From Craspedostauros australis (lineage: Eukaryota), in the NCBI GenBank assembly GCA_030167865.1, contig JALAGF010001133.1:62001-102177 (forward strand): a DNA stretch of 40,177 nucleotides. Direction: 5' to 3'. Of this stretch, positions 1 through 9,438 are shown in pieces. Position 1 is the first letter of the stretch; each line of letters starts with the position of its first letter. The notes beneath the pieces are model-generated. The model was given only the letters and a program-made list of their open reading frames with translations, did no database searches and was not told the origin of the DNA. Position numbers and translations under genes: made by a program.

Positions 1-1432
1 TGTTGATGTGTTCTTCCCTTGGAGGCGCATCTGCATTGACCTGCCCATTCGAAATGATATGTGCCCGTTCATTATCTTCGATGGGACTGCTACCAACAAC
101 ACAAGGTCTCATCTGCTGGAGCAAATGGAAGTAGCACCAGTTGGGCGAATCAAACTTCATATCGTACCAAAAGTTGATCCCAACTGTCTCGCAGGATTGC
201 GTGACTTTGTGAAACCACAGTGCTGGGAGGTAGAGCATCTCGCCTGCCTGGACACGAATCTGAATCGGGTGCACGTGCTGCAGGAGAGGAAATTCTCTCA
301 GAAGACGACGCCTTTGCGAATGCAGCAATGGGGAGGTGTCCAGCAACTGCTCCACGTCCGGTTCGATCCATTGAACACGAGTGGAGCACGGCGGATCGTG
401 GCCAACCGCACCGGCGCTGCCGTCATCCTGATCCAGTTGCACGAACCAGCTATTCCCTGCCGGAACGAAGGTTGCGCTGTCGTACTGTAGATGCTCGTAC
501 AGAAAGGGAACAGACGCCGGCGGACAGATGGTGAAGATCTTCTCCCCGCTCGCCACATAGAACAGGTTCTCGTAGTGATCCTTGTGCATACTGGAGGTGG
601 AGTGCTGATTCCCAATCCAAAGGTTGATGGCATCGGGCGGGCCAGTTCCGAATGCCTCCTCTCCCCACGGTACTGTTTGCGGGATGTCGCAGCCGTCGAC
701 GTCATCTTGCAGCAGGAATGCAAACTCGTTGCGCAGACAATCGTTTTGACGTGAATAGTACACGGTGGACGATTGCGGCAGATCAGACGCCGGCAATGCG
801 GCTGGCGTCGTTGCAATTGATTGTTCTTGTGTAGAAGGTAGTTGGTTGAGGAATGCACGATCGTTGCCATCCAACTTGACCTCCGTTGACTGGTGCTTAA
901 GTTCTGCTTCTGCCTGATCGTCGCGAGCAACGTCGTTCTGCCGAAGCCTGTCTCTGAATTCGAGCACCGACATGTGCCGTTCATGTGGCTTCACGAAGAC
1001 CTTCTGTTCACACTTTGCGTGATGATCTGGACTGAGGCTCGGATCGTCGCCATGCTTCACCATCGTCCGGATGCAATCGCCATGCCCATCCGGTGTGACG
1101 TCCACCGTAATCTGATGGAGAGCATCACCTTCCATGCTTTCCATGCCTTGCTGGTGCTGCTCGAATCTGCGACAAATGTCATCCAACGTCAACCGAAGTG
1201 GATCATTCTTGCGTCTGGCTGCGTTGCGTATGACGCATGGCCGGTTGAGACTGACGTAGTCACGAAGGAATTCCAGGCTCGTGGGTGGCCCATCCAGCAC
1301 GGGAACATGCGACGAAGACGATGGGCTCCACAGCGAAGTGACATCCTCCACAAAGCTCTGCAGCACTTCATGTGACGCGCACAAAGATTCTGGCTGTTGC
1401 TTTTGGGGGGCATCCGTTTCACCGTTTCCCAT
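1..1432 (-). CDS. JMJD7: JmjC-domain (cupin) 2-oxoglutarate/Fe(II) hydroxylase, JMJD7-like; 3' end lies beyond the window edge
   Basis: Absent from the ORF track because there is no stop in the window. Manual translation from ATG 1432 gives MGNGETDAPQ...LEFLRDYVSLNRPCVIRNA...ITVDVTPDGHGD...YYSRQNDCLRNEF...PDAINLWIGNQHSTSSMHKDHYENLFYVASGEKIFTICPP...VQAGEMLYLPALWFHKVTQ...INFWYDMKF. The HxD...H metal triad and flanking motifs match the JMJD7 family. Confidence 0.9.
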   Translation of the reverse strand, partial: MGNGETDAPQKQQPESLCASHEVLQSFVEDVTSLWSPSSSSHVPVLDGPPTSLEFLRDYVSLNRPCVIRNAARRKNDPLRLTLDDICRRFEQHQQGMESMEGDALHQITVDVTPDGHGDCIRTMVKHGDDPSLSPDHHAKCEQKVFVKPHERHMSVLEFRDRLRQNDVARDDQAEAELKHQSTEVKLDGNDRAFLNQLPSTQEQSIATTPAALPASDLPQSSTVYYSRQNDCLRNEFAFLLQDDVDGCDIPQTVPWGEEAFGTGPPDAINLWIGNQHSTSSMHKDHYENLFYVASGEKIFTICPPASVPFLYEHLQYDSATFVPAGNSWFVQLDQDDGSAGAVGHDPPCSTRVQWIEPDVEQLLDTSPLLHSQRRRLLREFPLLQHVHPIQIRVQAGEMLYLPALWFHKVTQSCETVGINFWYDMKFDSPNWCYFHLLQQMRPCVVGSSPIEDNERAHIISNGQVNADAPPREEHIN

Positions 1433-1905
1433 ATTTGTGACTTCGATGAGCAATGGCAATGGAGACGGAAGTGTGCACGCTAAGACTGCAGTGTTGGTGC
1501 TTGAAAGCTGCGAGAGGGTGCGAGTAAGTATGGTGCAACACAAGTACTATTTATGCGGAGACTGAGGATGTTGTCCAACACGACGAGTATGCTGTCCGTT
1601 CTGTTTTGGCGCGCAAATCTTGTTTGTTGTGTGAATGATATTTGCGGTATTCATACAATATATTTTATTTAATCTGCTTCGTCATCATCAGTTGTAAATA
1701 CGGAATAACAATAGGTTTACCGCGGATCCACGACACGTTTCACTCCAACCCGACGCTCAAGTCCTTTTCGATCAGTTGGTTGTCTTGTTGTGTTTCACCT
1801 TTCATTTGTTGGTGCCAACGAATGTCTACGTCGAGCACTCCGCTCCAATCTCAAGCATAGTATTGTGACACCACACAAGCCACACGCCCCACTTGCATCA
1901 GGGTC

Positions 1906-3609
1906 ATGACATCGGCATCGACATCGACACCAGGTCTCCGCGGATACCTCGGAATCGACAATGGAACGCAAGGTCTTTCGGTGGTGTTCACCGACGAGGA
2001 TCTCAACGTGCTGGCCACAGGCGAAGGCTCCTACGACATGGTCGCCTTTGATGAGGATGCGGGGGCCACTACCAGCGACAACAATGGCAGCACCGAGGGT
2101 TGGTACGAACAGAATGCGCACGATTGGGATGCCGCGTTGAGAACGGCCATGGACCAGGTCCGTCATCAACTCGGCAACGCCGCACGGTTGGAAGTGCTGG
2201 GCATCGGCATCTCGGGACAAATGCACGGGCAAGTGCTGTGCGATGGCGATGGCGAACCGTTGGGACCCGCTCGATTGTGGTGCGACGTGCGCAACGCGGA
2301 GGAAGGGAAGGAATTGACACAGCTCTTCGGTTGCAAGATTCCCAAACGCTGCACCGTGGCTCGCTGGCTGTGGACGCTGCGGCGACGTCCCGAACAGGCT
2401 AAGCGGGTCAGGCACATGACCACCCCGGCTGGTTGGACATCGTATCGGCTGACAGGTCAATGGTCGTTGGGTGTTGGAGATGCGGCTGGGATGTTCCCGG
2501 TGGATGCGGCGCAAGGCACGTACGACGCAACCATGCTGCAGAAGTTCGACGCCTTGCTGACCTCGGATGGTTCCGGAATTGACAAGGAATCGGTTGCTGA
2601 GTTTCCAGATCTCGATGCCATACTCCCCACAATCCGCCGGGCTGGTCAACCCGGCGGCTATCTGTCAGCATCCGGCGCACAATTGTTGGGAATATCACTT
2701 TCGGCATCAGAATCGTCACCGCCGAATGGCGACGACAAGGACAGTGCCAATCGTCCCATCCCCGTCGCGGCCGCCGAAGGCGATCAACCAGCCGCATTGG
2801 CGGGATCCCTCATCGCACGCGCAGGCATGGCGTCCATCAGCTTCGGCACGTCCGTCTGTGCCAACGTCGTGGCGCCATCTGACCATGCCTTCGTCGGCGT
2901 GCAGGACCTCATCGATCATTTCTGTGCGCCCGATGGCAAACCGATCCACATGGTGTGGTTGCGCAACGGCACAACCTTCCTCAACAGCATCGTGCGCAGT
3001 TTCGCTCGTAACGACGATGCCGATATCTTCGATGTCATCATGCCGCTGCTGTGCGCGGCGTCGCCCGACTGCGGTGGTTTGCTGGCGTTGCCGTTCCTCG
3101 ATGATGAGCCCGGCATGCATGTGGCGCAAGGCGGAACGGCGATGCTGATCGGTCTGAATGGTGACAATGCGACACCCGGCAACATGGCCAAGGCCGCGTT
3201 GTTGTCGACGATGTTCAATCTCAAGATCGGCTGCGGCGTGCTGCAAGCGCAGGGCATCCCGCTTACGGAGCTGGTTCTGACGGGAGGATTGAGCAAGACG
3301 CCGCAGTGCGGACAGATCCTTGCCGACGTTTTCGACCTGCCTGTGACGCTGCTGGAAAGTGCGGACGAAGGGTGTTCGTGGGGTGCTGCCGTCATGGCGA
3401 AATACACGGCCCTGCAACAGGAGCAGCAACAGCAAAAAGAAAAGGGTGTTATGAGCTGGACCGACTTTCTGGATACCATCGCCAAGAAACAGCAGAGACG
3501 CCAGTTTGTTCCTCACACCGCCAACGTCCCCATCTACGCGAGGATGTTTGCTCGGTACCGTCGATTGCTGGAGTTGCAACCGCAGTTAAGCCAGGCAGTG
3601 AACGAGTGA
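1906..3609 (+). CDS. xylB: FGGY-family carbohydrate kinase, xylulokinase-like (bacterial type), intronless
   Basis: 567-aa ORF with GIDNGTQG phosphate-1 motif, GISGQMHG, ARLWCD, GDAAGMFP, EGDQ, SFGTS and LTGGLSK...QILADVF. Substrate is inferred from family only. Confidence 0.85.
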   Translation: MTSASTSTPGLRGYLGIDNGTQGLSVVFTDEDLNVLATGEGSYDMVAFDEDAGATTSDNNGSTEGWYEQNAHDWDAALRTAMDQVRHQLGNAARLEVLGIGISGQMHGQVLCDGDGEPLGPARLWCDVRNAEEGKELTQLFGCKIPKRCTVARWLWTLRRRPEQAKRVRHMTTPAGWTSYRLTGQWSLGVGDAAGMFPVDAAQGTYDATMLQKFDALLTSDGSGIDKESVAEFPDLDAILPTIRRAGQPGGYLSASGAQLLGISLSASESSPPNGDDKDSANRPIPVAAAEGDQPAALAGSLIARAGMASISFGTSVCANVVAPSDHAFVGVQDLIDHFCAPDGKPIHMVWLRNGTTFLNSIVRSFARNDDADIFDVIMPLLCAASPDCGGLLALPFLDDEPGMHVAQGGTAMLIGLNGDNATPGNMAKAALLSTMFNLKIGCGVLQAQGIPLTELVLTGGLSKTPQCGQILADVFDLPVTLLESADEGCSWGAAVMAKYTALQQEQQQQKEKGVMSWTDFLDTIAKKQQRRQFVPHTANVPIYARMFARYRRLLELQPQLSQAVNE

Positions 3610-3953
3610 ATAGCACAAAAGAAAATCACTGAGAGAATTGATTGATTATGGCTTTGCTCTATTCTGCTGTATTCTGGAATGGGTTGTAGTCGTATGGTAG
3701 CGACACAAGTGAATTCATACTGCTGTTCGGCAACATTCGTAACCGCGCGTTGCTTCATCATGCCTAGCTCGCCATGCATTGAATAAGATGTGTTCGACTC
3801 CTTTCCGCCGCTCAGGTCCGATGATCACACGCAAAGCACATGTGCTGCATCATTGCGATGCAATTCCAGCCCATATTGGAGCCAGGCCAAGGCATGCATC
3901 CGTCCATCCATTCTCCCACTTGGTATGGGTTCTTTCTTTGTCTCATCCATTGC

Positions 3954-4419
3954 CTATTTCGCCTCAGGCACAGGCAACGGTGGAAGCTTTGCTTTTGATT
4001 CCTTGATCTCCTGTAAAGATGAAGGGGTGATAATTGTTGAGCCAAGCATTCCATGGTAGGAACGTTCAGTGCCGCAGTTCGAGTTGGTTGATTGGTTGGT
4101 GGTTGCAAAGGGGATTGCAGGGATGGCAACAACGGCGGTGCATGAATGCAAGTGGCAGACAAGGGTGAGATCAAGTTTGACCAACGCCAACATCAAGTCG
4201 TTTGGCAGCACGCCCCTCAGCACAATCATTCCCAACCACCATACTCTAATCGGCATCTGCATTGCCTCATCGATGATGCATCATCATCATGGCACATCGC
4301 GTATGACGTACTTTAGCTGTCTTTTCTCTGGACTTGTAGTATTCGTCCGCCTTTCGGACGGTGTTGCACTTGCTCAGCTGCTTTTCCAACTGCGGTGGAA
4401 CAGGGAGTTCGTTGGCCAT
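3954..4419 (-). CDS. Putative two-exon 54-aa microprotein (exons 4419-4312 and 4010-3954)
   Basis: ATG 4419 gives MANELPVPPQLEKQLSKCNTVRKADEYYKSREKTAK, then donor gtacgt at 4311, a 301-nt intron with branch-like ctcaac and a tttacag acceptor at 4011, then in-phase EIKESKAKLPPLPVPEAK-stop. Confidence 0.6.
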
Positions 4420-5254
4420 GATTCTTGTCTTTTGTTGTTGCAGGTATGTAGGTATGTATTGGTCGAGTGGTGTTGAGTACCCTATCGTATTATTACTCGT
4501 ACTCGTCAGTGTTGGTGTTGGCGATGTTGCGCTGTTGTGATACCGTTCAATGCTCCGCCATTGTCGTTGTCGTTCACGTCATTACCAGCGTCGTGGTGTT
4601 TGGTGTTGCTGTTGTTGTTGTCTCCTTGGCCTGTCCTTCCATCCACTATTACGGACACTTGTTCGAAATACATTAGCGACCATACACCGCCCGTTTAATA
4701 TAGAAAAATAACAACGCCATAATAACGCTTTGATCCGTTATGAGCTACATCGAGGCTATCGTGAGAGTTGAGGGAGAAATAACACGTTTGCGCTAATTTT
4801 GTGTGCTGTTTTCTTGCGCGTTGTCACGTGTTGTTGTCGTTGCCTTGCGTTTTGGTTCGTCTTGACCTCGCCGCAGAAACAAGACAACAACTTCGGAGTG
4901 GGGATCACGCTCCGAGAACGGGTCTGCGTCAACATCTTGGTTGGGACAAGAAGTGGAAAGCGGCGGAGGCAAAGCCGAAGAACGAGACAAAGAGAGTACT
5001 CGAGAGAGTTGTCAAGGCAGCAACCAGCGAGAAGGAGAAGGTCGTGCAAGAATCTCTGGGAAACGCAAGATCTGAGCACAGCACAGCACAGCACGACAAA
5101 GTTCGCATCGATCATCGTTGATCATCGCAATACAAGGTTCGCAAAGAGCCTCGCTGTGACACTTTGGGGGCGTCGCGACTTGCGAGCACAGGTGTCGTGT
5201 CGAACCACAAGTAGTCGTACGTCCAAACATTCATAATCCCAGCAACGCATACAT

Positions 5255-5302
5255 CATCAAGCCATCGCATCAAGCAATCGCATCAAGCAATCGCATCAAG
5301 CA
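5255..5302 (+). repeat. 13-bp tandem repeat (catcaagcaatcg) x~3.7 just upstream of the next start codon
   Basis: Directly visible in the sequence. Confidence 0.8.
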
Positions 5303-5343
5303 ACAACGCCAAGAGAAAGATAAAGACAAAGAGAAAGAGAAGC

Positions 5344-6534
5344 ATGCCAGCAACGGCAGCCACAGCTAGAGCCACAATGAGCAACGCAGGCAACCAAAAC
5401 GCAACGACCGGCGCAGGCCAATTCCAGGCACGTCCATCGCGCCGCGTGCAGGAGGGCGAGCTGCAGGCCGACGGAGACGTGTGGCAGGAAACGCTGGCCG
5501 TCTGCGAATCCGCGCCACCCAGCTCCAAGCTGGTGATCCGCAGCTTCTACCAGAACACCAGAACCAACAAGCGCGTGTGGGATGAGCCGCCGAGCGGCGC
5601 GTCGCATGTCTATCCGGCATCGGAGGAGATGCGGCGCATGGCGCAGGCGCAGCTGCAGGAGATGCACGTCGTGGCGGTGCCCACGCAAGCTGCGACCGCC
5701 GATGCCAAGAAGCCCAAGAAGAAGGGCGGCCTCTTCGGCTTCCGCAAGAGGAAGGACAAGAAGACCAAGGACAAGGACAGCTCGGAGGGCCGCGTCATCC
5801 AGTACAAGAAGGGCAGCATGCTGCGCGCCAACGGCTCGAAGGGACGCCGATCGGGCAGAACCGCGCCGGCTGGAGGATCCGCGGATGCCGACCTAGACAT
5901 GCAGGAGGCAATCGCCATGTCCATCGCCGAGAGCCAGGGCATTCCGTACACGCCCAACTCCGTCACGGCCACGCAGTTCGCTGCAGCAGTGGACGACGAG
6001 GATGATGACGAGCTGGCGATGGCCAAGGCCCTCAGTCTCTCGGCGGCGGAGGCGGAGGCCGCGAACAACGGCTCCAAGAAGATGCCCGCGCTCAAATCTC
6101 CGCCACCCACGGCAGCACCCAATGCGGTGGGCGATCTGCTCGGCGACCTCACTTTGGCGCAGAATGCGCCAGTCCCATCCAAGCCGGCAGCGGCTGGATC
6201 GCAACAGCAACCCATACAGATTCCGCTCCACGCATCGTCACAGCGGAAGCCTCCACCACCGTACTCCGTGACGCCCTCGTCTGCAGCGGCGCCAGCACAA
6301 TCTCCCGCCACAAATCATGCATTCTTCGATCCGTACCATAAGGATGCCTCCGCTGTTGCGTCCGTTCCGAATCTCGATCGCAAACCCGCAGCATCCTTGA
6401 AAGCGCCACCGCAAGAACCATCATCGGCGGCCTCGTTCCCATCGCCCAACACGGTGGGAAGGAAGAAGCGGTTCAACGGGGGACGTCCCAACAGCAACAG
6501 CAGCAAGTTGCAAGAACAAGCCGGATTGGTGTGA
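5344..6534 (+). CDS. Hypothetical protein with a WW-like segment, two ubiquitin-interacting-motif-like helices and a Pro-rich disordered C-terminus
   Basis: 396-aa ORF with strong C/G third-position bias; start may be 5344 or 5377. W...SFYQNTRTNKRVWDEPP is WW-like; DLDMQEAIAMSIAES and DDELAMAKALSLSA are UIM-like; PPPPY motif present. Confidence 0.75.
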   Translation: MPATAATARATMSNAGNQNATTGAGQFQARPSRRVQEGELQADGDVWQETLAVCESAPPSSKLVIRSFYQNTRTNKRVWDEPPSGASHVYPASEEMRRMAQAQLQEMHVVAVPTQAATADAKKPKKKGGLFGFRKRKDKKTKDKDSSEGRVIQYKKGSMLRANGSKGRRSGRTAPAGGSADADLDMQEAIAMSIAESQGIPYTPNSVTATQFAAAVDDEDDDELAMAKALSLSAAEAEAANNGSKKMPALKSPPPTAAPNAVGDLLGDLTLAQNAPVPSKPAAAGSQQQPIQIPLHASSQRKPPPPYSVTPSSAAAPAQSPATNHAFFDPYHKDASAVASVPNLDRKPAASLKAPPQEPSSAASFPSPNTVGRKKRFNGGRPNSNSSKLQEQAGLV

Positions 6535-6560
6535 ACGAACCGCCCAGGTGCATAGGACTT

Positions 6561-6604
6561 CAACTACAAGGGCGACTACAAGGGCAACTGCAAGGGCAAC
6601 TACT
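6561..6604 (+). repeat. 12-bp imperfect tandem repeat (caactacaaggg) x~3.5 in the probable 3' UTR
   Basis: Directly visible in the sequence. Confidence 0.7.
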
Positions 6605-6841
6605 ACAAACATACAACAATACTATATGAAAGTATACTAGGTTATGTTATGAACCCATCAAACAATACAATGTATGTAGTTCATCTACTCGCACCCATGC
6701 TGTGTTGTCTATTCTACAAATTTGTGCAGACTGTTCAGTGTAGTGTATGTAACATGATGCAAATGCAGTGTATAATGCATCATGCGCAGCCCTTGCCATT
6801 CACAGTCGAAGGCAGCGCGCTTGCTTGTGCGTCCATCTGCT

Positions 6842-9438
6842 CTACTCCGCTTTCATCTTGGAAAACGAAATCCGATTCTCGAATTCGGCGGCATCTGAGA
6901 TCAGATCCAGCAGGCTCGAGCTGGAGAACGAGCTGGAGAGCAGCGGCTTCACAGCCTGGCAGCTCGATGCCGAGGAGCTGAACGAGGCTCGCAGCGACTT
7001 TGACAACGAGATGGCCCGTGCCGGGACAATGCCCAGCCGTCCCATCAGCTGCCGGTGCTGATCCGTAGGGATCAACGATGCTTGCAGCGTCGCGGAGATC
7101 AGCATCAACACGGCGATGGCGGCGAACGCCGTTTTGTGTCTGTTGGCGGAGTACGGAATGGTATGATGTCGTTGTTGTGGAAGGCGGGAAGTGAGTTGGA
7201 TATTGTCGTGTACGTTCAACGAGCAGATCAACAGACGCCATTCCCAAACACAGTGGAGCACAATCGCAAACAGACATCGACAGTCACATCGCATCGCTCG
7301 TCGGACTTACGGAATCACGTTGGTGCACACCACACCGATGGACACCGCGACATTCACGATGATGGTCGGCAACGTCATCATCGTGGCGCGCGCATCGGAT
7401 GGAATGTACAGCGATCGCACGATGCCTTCACAAGGCGAGAAGATCCCGATGAGGAATTCGAACAGCAAGAACGCCGCGAGTGCGATGGAGAAGCTCTGCG
7501 GGTTGTCATCTTTCAAACACGACGGGACCAGAAGCAATGCGGCAGATAGCATGTAGCATGCGGATGCCAGCATCTCCACTGCGACCGGTCTTGCCTCTTC
7601 ATCCTTCTGCTGCGATTTGGTTCGCAGGCAAGGGATTGGCGCAATCGCCAACGCGAAGGACTTTCTCAGAACAGATGAGCACAGGCTTCCCAATACCCCC
7701 GCCGCCATGTACCATCCAAAGATCAAGCCGTACGCTGGCTGGTTCTCCTTGCCAAGTCCCATCGTGTTGGCTGGGGCGCACTTGGCGAACGTTTGCAGCG
7801 TGGGCGACCAGAGAAAGATGAAGATCTGCACCGATCCCACCGTGAGGCCTTGGATGATGCCGACGCGAAGGGTGCGGGAATCCTCCTGAAATCGCTTTGC
7901 TGCGCGCTTCAGGTAAAGCAAGCAGCTGAAGCGCTGCTCCTGCTGCTGCTGATCTGAATCCTGTTCCATATCAGCTTCCTGCATACTCCCGTAATTCTCG
8001 GTCCAGATCAAGGCCACGACGACAAGAGCAATGCTCGTGCACGTGACAGCGCCTTGGAAGGGACCGACGGGCCCAGCTCGCTCGGCCAGAATGTGGGCGA
8101 GATAGCCTGACGCGATGGCGGCAAGGTTGCTGACCACGACCGAATCTCGCATGATGACTTCGTACTCGGCGTCGCTGAAACCGCGCCTGCGATGCTCGGA
8201 ATCAAGCCAGGCTTCGAAGACGGAGCTGAGCAGGTTGGTGGTGACCCCGCCCACCATCCTGCTCACGATCAAGCCCGCCAAGAACGGATACTGCTCCAGC
8301 GTGTTGATCCAGACCTCGAGCGCGCAGTACACCAATGCGGCTTTCTTTCTGCCCAGCCTATCGACCAGGGGCCCGGTGATGGGAGTGGTTACTGCCCCAG
8401 TCAGAAACCCCAAGCAGTACAACGATGCCACAGAGAAGCCGTAGCCATCGTATAGCACGTACAGGTGGGTGCCTGCAGCATCATGATGGGGTACCAGGCG
8501 CACGAGTGCACACGAATGGGTGAATGGATGAATGAGTGAATTGATGGATGTTTGTGAGCGTTTGCGCGCCGACGAGCGTACCATTGAGCGCGAAGGTGCG
8601 CGCAGCCACATGTACAGCATGGCAGTACGATGATGGTTGGCCACATCGCGATTGCGCGGGATGTCCACAAAGACAGAGAGATGCACGTCCACAGAGCATT
8701 CACAGTGTGAGAAACGGAGACGTCACGCCGTGCAGTATTGGATTTGCTGTACTTGTACGAGTATAAGTAGAGTACAAGCATGGTGCGTCGGGTGGACTGC
8801 AAGTGCGAACGGCCCTGACAAAACGAGCCGAAGGATATCAATGCATCCCAGTGCAGTCCACGAAACCGTGCTTGCACAAAGAACCACACACAACCGCATC
8901 ACGCACCTTGGAGGCCGTCAGCCAGCATGATGACGAGCGTCACCAAGAGGTAGTTGAGACGGAATGAGACGAACCCATCGTTGTGCTCACAAGCAGTTGG
9001 AGTCCTTGCAGTATCTGTCTGCTGGTGCTGCACCGTAGTGGATTGATCCGCCGCATCAGCGTCTCGTTGCGTCGTTGCGTCGGAATCAAAGATCTGGTCT
9101 GCGTTCGCAAAAGGACCCTCGTTATCCTGCTCATCGTACGATTGTGTCACGGAGAGGGGCAGTGAGTGGCTCGTCGACAACAAGGATGATGATGACAAGA
9201 GCGGCGGCGGCGGCGGCATGGACAGCGCATCTACGTTACTGTCTCTGCTGTCCTTGCAGATTGCGATGGTTGTTGGATCGACTTCGATGGCTACAAGATG
9301 GCAGCCAACATCAATGGTCAAGTCCAGCTGGTTCGCGTGAGGCGTGAAAGGATTCGAATGAACGGCGGAATCTGCAAACGTGTTCTTTTTTCGATGAACA
9401 ACCAGACCATCGCCATGTGCGTTGATGTCTCTCATCAT
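6842..9438 (-). CDS. Major facilitator superfamily transporter, MFSD5/MOT2 (molybdate-anion transporter-like); exons 9438-8907, 8472-7311, 7139-6842
   Basis: FRLNYLLVTLVIMLADGLQG/THLYVLYDGYG...GPLVDRLGRKK...RMVGGVTTNLLSSVFEAW...WTENYG...FIFLWSPTL...IPSDARATMM. Phase-compatible GT-AG introns at 8906-8473 and 7310-7140. The start codon is uncertain and an extra 5' exon is possible. Confidence 0.85.

Noticed and set aside
8..1375. Plus-strand ORFs 8-490, 491-754 and 893-1375
   Set aside because: Antisense shadows of the minus-strand JmjC gene.
4756..5236. Overlapping ORFs including a Lys/Glu-rich stretch (WDKKWKAAEAKPKNETKRVLERVVK)
   Set aside because: No ATG start, splice support or recognisable motif; lies in a divergent promoter region.
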